NCBI RefSeq assembly: GCF_963921235.1
Contig: NC_086097.1
Location: 200,820,001-200,884,000, forward strand
DNA: 64,000 bases
Direction of reading: 5' to 3'
From: Mobula hypostoma
Lineage: Eukaryota
Shown here one piece after another: positions 1 through 13,938 of this stretch. The notes below the pieces were generated by a model. It had not been told where the DNA came from, made no database searches, and saw only the letters and a list, made by a program, of their open reading frames with translations. Positions within the stretch are counted from its first letter, which is position 1. Every line of letters starts with the position of its first letter. Made by a program: the position numbers and the translations under genes.

Positions 1-159
1 AAATATTTTCCACACAATTTGTTTTGACAAGGTTTTACAACAGCCAGTCTTTTTCATTTGATGAAGACTTTGGAAACACCTGGAAAAAAAATCTGTTCAT
101 TAGCACTGCCTTTAATAAGATATGATGTTAATTTTCTGTTTCTATCTTTACTGACAAAA

Positions 160-920
160 ACGGAATCTGAATCGGAATCAGGTTTAATATCAATGGCTTA
201 TGTCATGAAATTTGTTGTTTTACAGCAGCAGTATATTACAATACATAATAAAAAATAAAAAAATTACAAAATATATATAAAATTAATTTAACGAAGTAGG
301 GCAAAAAGAGAGCAAAAATAGTAAGGCAGAGTATATGGATTCATTGTCCATTCAGAAATCTGTTTGCAGAGGGGAAGAAGCTGTTGCTGAAACATTGGGT
401 GTGTGCCTTCAGGCTTATGTACCTCCTCCTTGATGGGAGCAATGAGAAGAGGGAATATCCTGTATGATGAGATCCTTAATAATGGATGCCACCTTCTTGA
501 GGCATCGGCTTTTGAAGGTGTTCTTGATGCTGGGGAAGCTAGTGCCCATGATGGAGCTGGTAGAGCACAGAAATTTCTGCAGCTTTTTTCCAGTTTTGTA
601 CAGTGGCCCCTCTAGATAGTGATTCAACCAGTCAAAACCCTCTCCATGGTACATCTGTAGAAATTTGCGAGAGTCTTTGATGACATCTAAAATCTCCTCA
701 AACTCCTGATGAAGTATAGCCGCTATAGTGCCTTCTTTGTAATTGCATCGATATGTTGGGCTCAGGATAGATCTTCAGAGATGTTGAAAACCAGGAACTT
801 GAACCTGCTCACCCCTTCCACTCCTAATCTCTCAAAGAGGACTGGTTCATGTTGCTTCAACTTCCCCTTCCTGAAGTCCACAATCAATTCCCTGATGTTG
901 AGAGCAAGGCTATTGTTGTG
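160..920 (-). mobile_element. Rex1/Babar-like LINE 3' fragment
   Basis: (GAATCx)n tail at ~160-180; minus-strand RT C-terminal peptide (SIKNTFKSRCLKKVASIIKD); similar copies at 21985, 30270 and 35935. Confidence 0.7.
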
Positions 921-1019
921 GTCTTTCATTTATTCTGTTGATTCTTTTTTGTATTTATTTTGAATGCCTGCAAGAAAATAAATCTCAGGGTTGTATATGG
1001 AGACATATATGTACTTCCA

Positions 1020-2640
1020 TTGTATCCTGGGTAATGGACTACCTGACTGGCATTCCACAATTTTTGTGGCTGCAGTTGTGTGTCAGACATGGCTATAAGC
1101 AGCACTGGGGCCCCACAGGGGACTTTATAGGCCCCCTTCCTGTATACCTCAGACTTTAGATACAACACTGTCATCTGCAGAATTTGTCTGATAACTCCAC
1201 AATAGATGGGTGTAAAAGGGTGGTTGGGAGGATGAATACAGGGCCCTGGTGGAGGGCTTTGTCGAACGGTGCAAACTGAATCATTTGCAGCTCAACATCA
1301 GTAAGACAAAGGATGGTGATGGACTTTAGGAAGACCAAGCCTACACTGTTCCCTCTTAGTATTGATGGTGAGGATGTGGATGTGGCGAGGACCTACAAGT
1401 ACCTGGGGATGCACCTGGATGACAGACTTGAGTGGAGCAGTAACACGGAGGCTGTGTACAAGAAGGGCCAGAGTCGCCTCTACTTCCTGAGGAGACAGAG
1501 GTCCTTTGGAGTATGTTGGCCTCTTCTTTACATACGTAACCCCCCAGGAAAGGCTTCACTGCTAACGTTAAGGTTTTTCTGTAGAAGCACTGCTAATGTA
1601 ATGATTTTTCTGTAGCAGCAGTGTTTGGATTATGACTAGAGATAACAGGGGCATTGGAATGTGTGCTATCCAATGAAAGGAGTGTTTTTTTCTTGTTGTG
1701 TGCCTGAGGACAAGGTAATGTGAGTCTTTTGTTCAGCGGAAAATGAAGCAAGAAAATGCCAGAAATGAGAGGTTGTAGACACCCGAAAGGAGTGGACTTG
1801 GAGTCGGGCCAGGAGTTGACGAAGCCCGGGGGAAATCGATGGAGGACCAATGGAAGGAAAACTGTGAGCTCCAACGTGCACATTAGAATGTTTCGTTAAA
1901 ATGGGCTGTTTTCTTTTTGTTTTTCTTCACTAACCCTTTAGTCAAATTAAGAATTATAAAGCTAAATCATTTAATTGCATATGGTGTACTGGCTGTTATT
2001 TCGTGGTACTGATTTGTAACAGGGTAATGCATCACGCAGCATCCACACAAACAAGAGGTTTTGCACCTCAGATTTCACATGTTTGGTGGGGTCAGAGACT
2101 GTCCTCCCTAGACTAATGCGCCGGCCGAACCTGGAGGTTACACATGTTCTACCAGTTTGTTGTCACCAGTACAATCTTCTAAGCAATGGAGTGCTAGGCC
2201 AATGGCATCAACACGGGTGATGCCAACAGGCTCAATAAACTGATTAGAAAGGCTGGCTCACACTAGATACAAACTGGACACACTAGAGGCTGTGGTTGAA
2301 CAAAGGACCCTAAGGGAAATCTTGGGAATTCTAGACAATGTCTCGCACCCTCTGCATGCCACCTTGGCTGAACAGAGGAGCACTTTTAGTAATAGACTAA
2401 GACAACTGAGCTGCTCCAAAGAGCGCTATATGAGGTCATTCTTACCCTCAGCCATTAGGCTCTATAATGAATCAACCTATAGATGGGGAAGCGATGACTC
2501 CCCCTCCTGTGAGACTGTTTGAGATAGCTTAACTTTTATTCTTTCTTACTTCTGTTCTAATATCTTTATATCTGGGCACTTGTAATGCTACTGTGACCCT
2601 ATAATTTCCTTTGGGGTCACTAAAGTATCTATCTATCTTT
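1020..2640 (+). mobile_element. Rex1/Babar-like LINE RT fragment interrupted by a solo LTR
   Basis: Peptides MVMDFRK..YKYLGMHLDDRLEWSSN..KKGQSRLYFLR and HPLH..RSFLPSAIRLYN; (TATC)n tail at ~2625. Confidence 0.8.
1535..2142 (+). mobile_element. Solo LTR related to the LTRs at 40814/44547
   Basis: (C/T)GTAAC...GTTACA termini; 4-bp TSD CATA/CATG; shares TTCACTGCT, GAGCTCCAAC, CATTTAATTGCATATGGTGTAC and CAGCATCCACACAAAC blocks with those LTRs. Confidence 0.8.
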
Positions 2641-2669
2641 GTTAATAAATGTACTTTTAACTTTGAAAT

Positions 2670-3665
2670 TTGATCTCAACCAGCTGATCTAACTCACTCC
2701 TGTATGCTTCCTTGTCTCCATCTGAAACACTGCTAACAATAGATGTGAAATCGGCAGATTTATCAATGGTGTGCACACAGTTGTGTGCATAGAGAGAGTA
2801 GAGCGGTGGGCTAAGCATGCATCTTTGAGGTGAGCCAGTGTTGACTGTCAGTCAGGAGGAGATTAGTTTCCAATCCACATTGACTCTGGTCTCCTAGTGA
2901 GGAAGTCAAGTATCCAGTTGCAGAGGGAGGTACAGCAGCCCAGGTTTTGGAGCTTGTTGACAGAAATAAGGGCATGATTGTGTTGAATGCTGAGCTGCAA
3001 TCAGTAAACAGCAGCCTGACATTGGAATTGTTATTGTTCAGGTGATCCAAGGCCGAGTGGAGAGCCAGTGAGACTGCATCTGCTGTAGACCTATTGTGGT
3101 GATAGGCAAATTGCAGTGGGTCCAGGTCCCTGCTGAGGTAGGAGTCGATTCTGGCCATGACCAACCTCTCAAAGCATTTCATCACTGTAGTTGTGAATGT
3201 AATTGGGTGATAGTCATGAAGGCAGCTCATCCTGGGCACTGGTATGATTGTTGCCCTTTTGAAGCAGGTGGGAACCTCTGACTGCAACAATAAGAGATTG
3301 AAGATGTCCTTGAGTACTCCCGCCAGTTGGTTAGCACAGGTTTCAGTGCCCTATCAGGTACACCATCAGCCCTGATGCCTTGTGCAAGCTCACCCTTTGG
3401 AAGGATGTTCTGACATCGGCTTCTGAGACAGAGATCACAGGGTCACGAGATGCTGCAGGGTTTCGCACAGGTGTAGTTTTATTCCGCCTTTCAAAGCGTG
3501 CGTAAAAGGCATTGCGCTCATTTGGGAGTGAAGTATCACAGCCATTCACGATCTTATGTTTCGCCTTTTAGGAAGCAATAGCCTGCAAACCCTGACAGAG
3601 GTGACATGCACCCGATTCCGTCTCAATCTGAATTGTTCCTTCACTATTAAAATAGCCTTCTGTAG
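2670..3665 (-). mobile_element. Rex1/Babar-like LINE RT fragment
   Basis: [52 protein letters not shown]. Confidence 0.85.
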
Positions 3666-3967
3666 GTCATAGGTGTTAACATTTCACTTGAATTAAGTGG
3701 TTGCACTGGAGTCTATACAAAAATTACTGGTATTATAGAGAGAAAAATAGAAAAGATCATTGATCTGAAACATTTACTCTTGTTTCCATCTCCAGCATTT
3801 TCTGTTCTTGTTTCAGATTTTCAGCATCTGCAGGTTTTTTTCTTTTCTGTTTTTTTTCTCCATTGATACTTAATTTTGGATGCAAAATAAAATTCTTCTG
3901 ATTTTGTATGTTTCTGTGAGTGTTGCTTCATTTTCACATTCTCCTTCTAATTTGCACAATTTTGTAC

Positions 3968-4950
3968 TCCACAGTAACGTAGTGGTTAGCACGACGCTAT
4001 TGCACCTTGGTTATCGGAATTCAGAGTTGATTTCTGGCATCCTCTGTAACCAATTTGTGCTTTCCTTCCCATGTGCATGTCGGTTTCCTTTAGGTGCTCC
4101 ATTTTTTCCCACAGCCCAAAGATTGAGGTAGTAGGTTAGACCATAAGATATAGGAACAGAACTAGGCCATTCAACCTGTCGAGTCTGCTCCACCATTCAA
4201 TCATCTGTTAATTGATCATTGTAAGGGCAGGAGGAGAAGATGGCGGCGCACCTGCATGTGTGCAGCCCTCCGGTGAAAAATGATATTGTATCTGTTAAAT
4301 AGGGGCCGTGGACAATTCTGATTTGATGGAGAATGGACATGAAAGCACAGAGGAACATCTGGAGAAATTTCTGAAACGCCCGTTCGCTGCTGTCGTTACT
4401 GTGTGGTCGGGAATCTTTCAGAGGGTAGGCCTCAAATTCCCCAGCCTTGCCTGCTTTTGGTGACCAAGAAGGAGGTTGAATCGTTCGGACAGAGATGGCG
4501 CTCAGTACTTGGTGTCGGAGAGCTGATCAGAGCTCGAAGTTTTCGGATGACTCAGAGTCGGATTGTGGTCGTCATGGCAGGGAGAGTTTTTGTTCCTTCT
4601 CCCGTCTGCGTGAGATGTGGGACATTTGAGAAACTTTGGACTTTACTGGGCTCATGGACTTCTTCATCAAGTTATGGTATTGTGCACTGTTGTAACTATA
4701 TGTTATAATTATGTGGTTTTGTCAGTTTTTTTCAGTCTTGGTCTGTCCTGTGTTTTGTGATATCACACCGGAGGAAATAATGTATCATTTCTTAATGCAT
4801 GCATTACTAAATGACAATAAAAGAGGACTACATATCTTCATAATCATAATCATAAATCCTGTGATTTGGCTGAAATTAAATTGGTGGGTTGCTGGGCAAC
4901 GTGGTTCAGTGGACCAGAAGGGCCTGTTTCACGCTATAAGTCTAAATAAA
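3968..4950 (+). mobile_element. tRNA-derived V-SINE-like element, interrupted by a short CR1 tail and a non-autonomous LINE-like insert (~4225-4855)
   Basis: A-box-like GTAGTGGTTAGCAC head and GGTGCTCC..TTTTCCCACA core; insert begins AAGATGGCGGCG and ends in (CATAAT)n. Confidence 0.5.
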
Positions 4951-5039
4951 TACATAAATTCAGTTCAGTTCTTGAGGTTATGCAACATAAGGCATTCACT
5001 GAACACCTACCAGTGATAGCCACTAGGAGGTGCAGGAAA

Positions 5040-5480
5040 TGGCATTGAAAAAAATAGTTTATTATTGTCACATACATTAAGATGCAGTGAAAAGCTTGTC
5101 TTGCCTACTGTTCATACCAATCAAATCATTACACAGTGCTTTGATATAAGACAGAGAATGATATAAGACAATACCAATACAGAATAAATTGTAACTTTAC
5201 AGACAAAGTGCAGTGCAGGGAGGTAGTAAGGTGCAAGAGCATAATTTCTGGCTTTCGTATCTTCTGCCCAATGGGAAGGGAGAGAGGAGAGATGTCCAGA
5301 GTGGGTGGGTTCTTTGATTATACTGGCTCTTTTACTAAGATAGTGCAAAATATAGGCAGAGTCCATGGAGGAGAAGCTGGTTTCTGTGATGTGCTGAGCT
5401 GTGTCCACAACATTCTGCTGCTGCTTGGGGTAACAGGTGGAGCAGTTGCCATATAAAGCTGTCATGTATCCAAGTAGGAT
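5040..5480 (-). mobile_element. Rex1/Babar-like LINE 3' fragment
   Basis: NVVDTAQHIT..KRASIIKEPTHSGH peptide. Confidence 0.65.
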
Positions 5481-7419
5481 GGAAGTTGGGGCAAACTTAG
5501 CTAAAATTCCTTTCACCTTCTGAGAAAGTCTGTATTTTGCCCAACACTGTTAATGTTAGACAATCAGACCTTGAGGAATTATACGTGATCTTGTTCTTTT
5601 CCCCATTGTATTGCACACTAAGAACATAAAATTCCTTGTTTTAGATTGATTATATTTATGCAATAAGTATGCCAATGTGCTTTAAATAATTTCGCAGAAA
5701 GACTATAAAATGTGTAAAGCTTTATTGCATCTTATAGTTTGCTGAAAATGTAAGTTTATTATTTAGCTGAAAGACATTCAAGTAATAAAGGAATGAGAAC
5801 TCAAATAATTAGAGGTTTGGACTCCCAAAGCATCTATTGTACATGTGCAAGGTAGCCATGATCATTAAGAATTTTGTTCATTAACTTAAAAATAATGCTA
5901 TTGTACTCCATTCTTAGTCTATTTTGGTCTTTTGAGAAGACCCTCCATTTTTGCTGTAACTGGGTCAGTTATCATTAAGGCTTTGGCTTTATTTATCACA
6001 CAAAATGAGGTAAATGTTGGCACCTTGTCCAGCTTTTAAAATATTTCACAGTCACTTTTCAAAAATTACAGTCTGCTCAGAAAACAGCAGGGAACTCGCA
6101 CCAGTTCATTAGTAACAAAGCATGGTAATGTGCCACGGACCACTGCTCCAACAGAAACGTCACCGCTTTCTAATGCTAAACCCTAGGGTACTGTGTCTTG
6201 CTATTCAGTACATAAGCTGAGGGCAAATAAATCCTAAATCTCAGTGACATGCAGTTCTCCACTGCTGTTATGATATCAGATTCTTTATCATCTAGCTTTC
6301 CTTCTTTTTGATCAAATGTTCTCCTCATAAATTATAAATAAATGCTAAATTATTTTTCTTCTCTTCCCAATGTTTTTTCTTCCCACTTGAGTTTTTTTCC
6401 AAACGTTACCATGTTATAGAATTTAGCTCTTAAATAATTTAAAACACTCATTGTCTAACTACTCTGTTCATAGGCAATCAACTTTGCAAAGGCAGCCAGA
6501 CACTGCTCGGGTAAGTCTTTCGCCTGTTCACACACTCTCTTTCTCTCTTACAGACCTTCCTGGCTTCAATAAAGTGGTTAACTGAATTTTAAACTCCAAG
6601 ATGTTAAACAGGCTGATGCGTATTTATTGAGGCCATTATACCACAGAACATAGGAGCAGAATTGCCATTTGGCCCATCGAATCTTCTTTGCCATTTAGCT
6701 GATCTATTCGGCATCTCAACCCTATTCTCCTGCCTTCTCCCCGAAACCTTTATTAATCAAGAACCTATCATTTTCTGCCTTCAATATACCCATTGACTTG
6801 GACTGCCGGCTATCTGTGGCAATGAATTCCACAGAATCACCACCCCCTGGCTGAAGAAATTTTTCCTCATCTCTGTTCTAAATGGATCTTCCTTTATTCT
6901 GAGGCTTTGCCCTCTGGTCCTAGACTCCCCTACTGTAGGAAACATCCTTTCCACATCCAACAGCTCGAGGCCTTTCATTATTCAATAGGTTTCCATGTGA
7001 ACACCCTTCATTTTTCTAAACTCCAGCGAGTACAGGCCGAGAGCCATCAAAATTTCCTCATATGTTAATCCTTTCATTGCTGGGATCATTCTCATGAGCC
7101 TTGTTTGGACCCTCTCCAATGCCAGCACATCTTTTCTTAGATAAGGGGCCCAAAACTGCTCACAATACTCCAAGTGCAGTCTAAACTTCCAGAAGGCGGC
7201 GGCACCAGCAGACAATGCAACCAAGGTCGACATCTCTTGATTCACAGTTCATGGTTCATGAAAATACCTCTTTCATTTCTTTTACATATTCTTTTTGGCG
7301 TAATTGTGGTTCTGCAACTGTTGGTGGTATGAGCTACATTTTGGTGGTGTGTCTGTTGTCCGAATGAGCGATCTGGCGCTTTGTTGTCTCCGAGGGTAAT
7401 CTTTCTTTCTTTCTTTTCA

Positions 7420-8365
7420 AATCTTTTTATTATTATTATTATATTATTCAAAAATAACTTGAGTACATTGAAGTAAGCAACACTTACAATGTCTCAAGGA
7501 AAAAAAAACATTATTTTAAAGATTGAAAAATTTTGATGATAATAAAAAAAACCCTACTAAGCAGAAAAAATGGGGAAAAAAACCCATTAGGCGTACAACC
7601 CCGGAGCCATGTGTCATATAAAAAGATTCTAAAGATAAACATCAAACCACCAGCAAGAAAAAAAAAATTACCAAAAACTTACAGTTAGATTGTGGAGGAA
7701 ATCTATCAATTAACTCAAATGATAATAACAAGCAAATGAACCCCATCTTTTCTCAAAATCAAATAAAGGTTCAAAGGTTCGACTTCTAATTTTCTCCAAA
7801 CTAAAACATAGCATCATTTGAGAGAACCATTGTGACAAAGTGGGAGCTGATGTATCCTTCCACTTCAACAAAATGGCCCTCCTAGCTATCAATGTAACAA
7901 ATGCAATAACATGTTGGTCAGACACAGAGATACCACGGATATTTTGAGGAATTATTCCAAAAAGCACAGTTAATTTGTTAGGTTGTCAATTAATTTTAAG
8001 CGCTTTAGAAATTGTCGAAAAAACTGGCTTCCAGAACTGTTCCAGTATAGAACAAGACCAAAACATGTGTGTTAGTGTAGCTGTCTCAGTTTTACATCTA
8101 TCATAATAACTATTGTGGGCTGAAGGTCTTGTACTGTGCTGTACTATTCTATTCTATCAACATTAGGAAATATTTTAGACATTCTCTCCTTCGTCAAATG
8201 GTAACAACGTACAATTTTAAATTGAATCAGTGAATGACTAGCACAGATCGAAGAAGAGTTAACCAGCTCCAGAATCCGTGTCCAATCCTCCGTCATAAAA
8301 GTCAAATTGAGTTCCTTTTCCCAATCTTGTTTAATCTTAAATAAAGGACACTTATCCCATTGTAC
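7420..8365 (-). mobile_element. L1-clade LINE ORF2 3' end
   Basis: KIKQDWEKEL..HSLIQFKIV, HMFWSC-like Cys/His motif, IARRAILLKWK..LEKIR; T-rich 3' UTR. Confidence 0.8.
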
Positions 8366-8427
8366 AACAGTAATCAGTGAGGTTTCGAGCAAAGTGTGCA
8401 GCCTCGAGACCAAGAAGTCTGGAGACA

Positions 8428-8952
8428 GGGTGCGAGCCCATGATCAACTTCCTCACTGCCAAATAAGGGACAAAAGTAGCAGTCAAATACGGGACACTTG
8501 TGTTCACCCCAAGAAAGACTACCATAAGCATGAAACCTTGCACGGGCACCTGTGTGTGCATGCATGATATGCGTGATATAGATATTTTTCTACAAATCGG
8601 TTTCGGCGATTCTGTTCAGTGAAACTACACTGTACATACATTATTTCTACTTTATATAGGCTGTGTATTTATCATATCATTCCTGCTTTTACTATATGTT
8701 AGTGTTATTTTAGGTTTTATGCATTATTTGGTATGATTTGATAGGTTATTTTTTGGGTCTGGGAACACTCAAAAAAATTTTTCCCATATAAATTAATGCT
8801 AATTGCTTCTTTGCTTTTCACCATTTCGGCTTACGAATGGTTTCATAGGAATGCTCTACCTTAGAGGGGGAAAGGGCGGTCCAGTATGGGACAAACCAAT
8901 TTAGCTCAATATACGGGATGTCCCGGCTAATACGGGACAGTTGGCAACCCTA
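8428..8952. mobile_element. Non-autonomous hAT-like DNA transposon remnant
   Basis: Right end GTTGGCAACCCTA (TAGGGTTGCCAAC-type TIR) and repeated CGGGACA/GGGACA subterminal motifs near both ends; left TIR disrupted. Confidence 0.5.
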
Positions 8953-11900
8953 TTTCTCGCCAATCTCACTGATTAAAGCGTCAAGGAAGATTGAAATCAT
9001 CGAGGCGCGAGCAGAAGGCAGGCGGGTGTTCAGTGCAGTCTACCAGCCTCTTGCTTGGTGCTGCTGGAGAAAGGTGCCTGCGTGTGATGGTATCTCTCTC
9101 CCTCTTGCATGCTGTTCCTGGAGGAAAGCCCTTGCATTCAAATGATCTCTCTCTCCCTCGATTGAATTGATGTGGTTTGTGGACTGGACTCTGTAGCTCA
9201 CATTGTGATGTGTTTCTGGTTTCAGGTTGCTCCTTTTTGTTGTTGCTATTTGGTGCGATTTTGATCGGGGTGGCCTGCAGATAATGGGCGGCACAGAGCT
9301 AGATTGAACCGGATTGAGCGGAACTGAGTATGCCTGGGTTCTTTCGATTACTTTGTGGGCTGGCATTTTGTACTCTGCGTTTTTTGCTCATTTTTCTTGT
9401 CGTTTGCGTGATTTGTTTTTTTTGTGCGTGAGGGGGAGTGTTTCATGGTTTTCTTTGAACAGGTCTGTGGTTTTCTTTGTTTCACAGCTATGTGTAGGAA
9501 GATGAATCTCATGGTTGTATATTGCAAACATACTTTGATCATAAATGTACTTTGACTTTGAATCTTGACCAATGCTTTACAAAGCCTCAGCATTATGTCC
9601 TTGCTTTTATATTCTAGTCCTCTTGAAATAAAAACGGAAGTTGCATTTGCCTTCCTTACCAATGACTCACCCTACATGTTAACCTTTAAAGAATTCTGAA
9701 TGAGGACTCACAATTCCCTTTGCACCTTTGATTTTTTAACGTTCTCTCCATTTAGAAAATAATCTATGCCTTTATTCCTTCTGCCAAAGTGCATGACGAT
9801 GCGCTCCCCGACATTATATTCCATCTGACACTTCTTTGCCCATTCTCCCTTCTGCAGACACACTGCTTCCTCAACACTACCTGTCCCTCCACCTACCTTT
9901 GTATCATTAAAAAACTTGGTCACAAAACTATTAATTCCATCATCCAAATCATTGACATATAACGTGAAAAAAAGTAATCCCAACGCTGACCCCGCAAAAC
10001 ACCTCTAGTCCCTGACAGCCAAACAAAAAGGCAACACACAAAATACTGGAGGCATGAGAAAATTTTCTCATGCTTGAACCAAAAAGTCACCCTTTATTCC
10101 CACTCTTTACCTCTTGCCAGTCAGCCAACCTTGTATTCATCCAATAAAGCCATGGGCTCTTATCTTGTTAAGCAGCCTCATGTGTGGCACCTTGTCAAAG
10201 GCCTTCTGAAAATTCAGATAAACAACATCTACTGATTCTCCTTTGTCTATCCTACTTGTTACTTCCTCAAAGAATTCCAACAAATCTGTCAGGCAAGATT
10301 TCTCCTTAAGGAAAGCATGCTGACTTTTGCCTCAAAGTACCCCGAAACTTCATCCTTAATAATAGACTCCAAAATCTTCCGAACCACTGAAGTCAGGATT
10401 CCTAGCCTATGTTCTTTTCTTCTGCTTTCTTCCCTTCTTAAAGAGTGAAGTGACTTTTGCAATTTTCCAGTCCTCCAGAACCATTTAAGATTCTAGTGAT
10501 TGTGAGATGTTTATTACTAATGCCTCCCCAATCTCTTTAGCTACCTCGTTCTGAACCTTGGGGCACTGTCCATCTGATTCAGGTGATGTATCTGCCTTCA
10601 GACCTTTCAGCTTCCCAAGCACCTTCTCCTTAGTAACAGCAATTACACTCACTTCTGCCCCCAACCCTCTCGCATTTCCAGAATACTGCTAGCGTCTTCC
10701 ACAGTGAAGACGGACACAAAATACTTATTGTTCACCCTCCATTTCTTTGTCCACCAGTACTACCTCTCCAGCATCATTTTCCAGTGGTCTGATGTCTAAT
10801 TTCATTTCTCTTTTCTCTCTTTATGTATCTGAAAAAATATTTTGTACCATCTTTTACATTATTGGCTAGCTTACCTTCATATTTCATCTTTTCTCTCTTT
10901 TGTGGTATTTTTAATTGCCTTCTGTGGGCTTTTAAAAGCTTCCTATTTTTCTAACTTCCCACTAATTATGCTCTATTATATGCCCTCTCTTTTGCATTTA
11001 TGCTGTCTTTGAATTCCCTTTTCAGCCACAGTTGTCTCATCCTCCCTTTAGAATACTTCTTCAACCTGGGATTTATCTATCCTGCACCTCTGAATTGTTC
11101 CCAGAAACTCCAGCCATGGCTGTTCTGCCTTCATCCCTGCTAGTGTCTCCTTCCAATCAACTTTAGCCATCTCCTCTCTCATGGCTCTGTAATTTTTTTT
11201 TACTCTACTGCAATACAGATACATCCAATTTTAGCTTCTTCTTTGCAAGCTGCAGGGTGAATTCGATCATATTATGATCACTATCTCCTAAGGGTTCCTT
11301 ATCTCCCTTAAACTCCCTAATCAAATCTGGGTCATTGCATAACACCCACTCCAGAATTGTCATTCCCCTAGTCGACTCAATCACTCTAAAAAGCTATCTC
11401 ATAGGCATTCTACAAATTCCCTCCCTTGGGATCCAGCACCAACCTGATTTTCCCAATCTACCTGCATATTGAAGTCCCCCCATGACTATTGCAACATTGC
11501 CTTTTTTAACATGACTTTTCTATTTCCCATTGTAATTTGTAGCCCGCATCCTCTCTACTGTTCAGAGGCTTATATGTAACTCCCATCAGGGTCCTTTTAT
11601 CCTTGCAGTTTCTTAACCCTAACCATAAGGATTCTGCATCTTCCAACCCTATGTCACCTCTTTCTAAGGATTTGATTTCATTTTTTACCAACAGAGTCAC
11701 CCCACCCCCTCTGTCTACCTGCCTGTCATTTTGATACAATGTGTATCCTTGGATTTTAAGCTCCCAACTATGATCTTCCTCCAGCCACAACTCTGAGATG
11801 CCCACAAAAGCACGCCTACCAATCTCTAACTGCGCCACAAGATCATCTACCTTATTCCATACACTTCATGCATTCAAATATAACACCTTCAGTCCTGTAT

Positions 11901-12734
11901 TTATCACCCTTTTGGATTCTGTCCCACTGTAATACTGTAACTCATCCCACTGACTGCAATTTTGCCCTATCATCCCTATCGTCCCTCGCAGTCTCACTAC
12001 ACACTGCATCCAATTGTATATCAATTGCCCCAATGTATATCAATTGCCCCATCCTCAGCCCTGTCACTCTGGTTTCTATCTCCCTGTAAATTTGTTTAAA
12101 CCCTCCCCAACAGCTCCCCACAAGGATATTGATCCCCCTCAGGTTCAGTTGTAACCTGTGCTTTTTGTACAGGTCATATTTTCCCCAGAAATGATCCCAA
12201 TGGTCCAGCAATCTGAGTCCCTCGTCCCTGCACCAATTCTTCAGCCATGCATTTATCTGTTAAATCATCCAATTCTTACCCTCACTGGCATATGACACAT
12301 GACACAGGCAGCAATCCAGATATTACTACCCTGGAGTTCTTGTTTTCAGCTTCCTACCCAACCCTCTCTTCAGTATCTCCTCTTTTCCTACCTATGTCAT
12401 TGGTACCAGTATGTACCATGACTTCCAGCTGTTCACCCTGAGATCGTTAATGAAGTTTTGAAGGAAGGTAATAAGTTACAAGCCATTTCAAAATAAACAT
12501 AATAACTTGTCATTGGCTCTAATCCTTTAATATTCTCGTATTTAACTTTGAGGGCCTCTATCAGTATAAGGTAAGTTGAAAAATTAACTGAATACTTAAA
12601 AATTGAACGGTGCACCAGTGGATGCAAATTTAGCCATCCATACATGTAACAACACATTAAAACAAAAACAGTATCAGGAGTAAGTCAATCAGCTGCTAGT
12701 GGTTTCTCTGCCATTCGACATAACCTTTTACCTG

Positions 12735-13027
12735 CAAACAACAGGAATTCTGCAGATGCTGGAAATGCAAGCAACGCACATGAAAGTTGCTGGTGAATGC
12801 AGCAGGCCAGGCAGCATCTCTAGGAAGAGGTACAGTCAACGTTTCAGGCCGAGACCCTTCGTCAGGACTAACTGAAGGAAGAGTTAGTAAGAGATTAGTA
12901 AGATCTCTTACTAACTCTTCCTTCAGTTCGTCCTGACGAAGGGTCTCGGCCTGAAACATCAGCTGTACCTCTTCCTAGAGATGCTGCCTGGCCTGCTGCG
13001 TTCACCAGCAACTTTGATGTGTATTGC
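12735..13027. mobile_element. Penelope-like foldback (inverted pLTR fragments)
   Basis: Arms are reverse complements around ~12895-12903; 14-bp TSD TAA(C/T)CTTTTACCTG at 12721-12734 and 13028-13041. Confidence 0.85.
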
Positions 13028-13938
13028 TAATCTTTTACCTGAATGTCACTTACTCTATGAAATCAGTAACCCTTGATTTTACTAATATCTGAAAATCATC
13101 ACCTTGCAAATAATCAGTGAAGTCTTTAAAGAAGAGAATTCCAAAGACCCATTACTTTCTTGGTGAAGAAATTTCTTCCGATTTCAGTTCAGAATCACCA
13201 ACCCCATATTCTGGTATGTCTAAATCTACATTATAGAACAGTCATGGCTGGGTGTAAATTCAAGGAAATAATACAGTCAGGAGTTTCCGACAACTGTTTA
13301 AACCAGCCAAGCTTCCTTTTACATTAATAGAATATCATGTGAAACCTTTGAGTCAAATTTTCATTGGGCGTTACATTGTTGCCATGTTTAAGGATAAGAT
13401 TGCTTGGTTTCTGTCCTCGAGGTCACTTTACAGTGAACTGTCAAAATGGACTGTAGTGCCTTGTGCAGTGGAATGCTATGAACCATCTGTGTTATATAAA
13501 TTATTGCACTCATTTCTAGGACCATCTATTAGCTAATCATGTTTTAAAGAGAAAACATGGGACATGCTGTTTGCTTTTTGATGTGGTTATGAGTGGATAT
13601 GGTACTCCAAGGTACTCCCACAGAGAAAGCTATGGCATTTGACAAGCCATGATTCAGCTAAGGTGATGCTCTTCAGCAACAGAATAAATGTCAGCATGCA
13701 CTGGGATTTCATAGAAGGAGTGGAATATCAATTTTTAATCCAAGTGCATCTTGTCACAGAAAATGACCCTCTTGTTTTTTAAATGAACAATCAACACTTT
13801 TTTTGCAAACAAACTCATGCCAATTTTGCGAAGAACTTACAAGATCATGCAAACTTTGAGGAAACCCTACAACTCTTTCTATTGTGAACTCTTTACCTGA
13901 GGGAAAGCAAGATGGTTAGAAATGCACCTAGTGACCCC

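Larger units (their letters stand above)
6640..12435 (-). mobile_element. CR1 LINE, long and degraded (ORF1 esterase, EN, RT, 3' end), split by nested inserts at ~7185-9568
   Basis: LEYCEQFWAPYLRKD, LYVNDLDDGINS..DTKVGG, GISELWL..DRGGGV and ORF1 LDHWDHFWGKYDLYK peptides, collinear on the minus strand. Confidence 0.85.
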
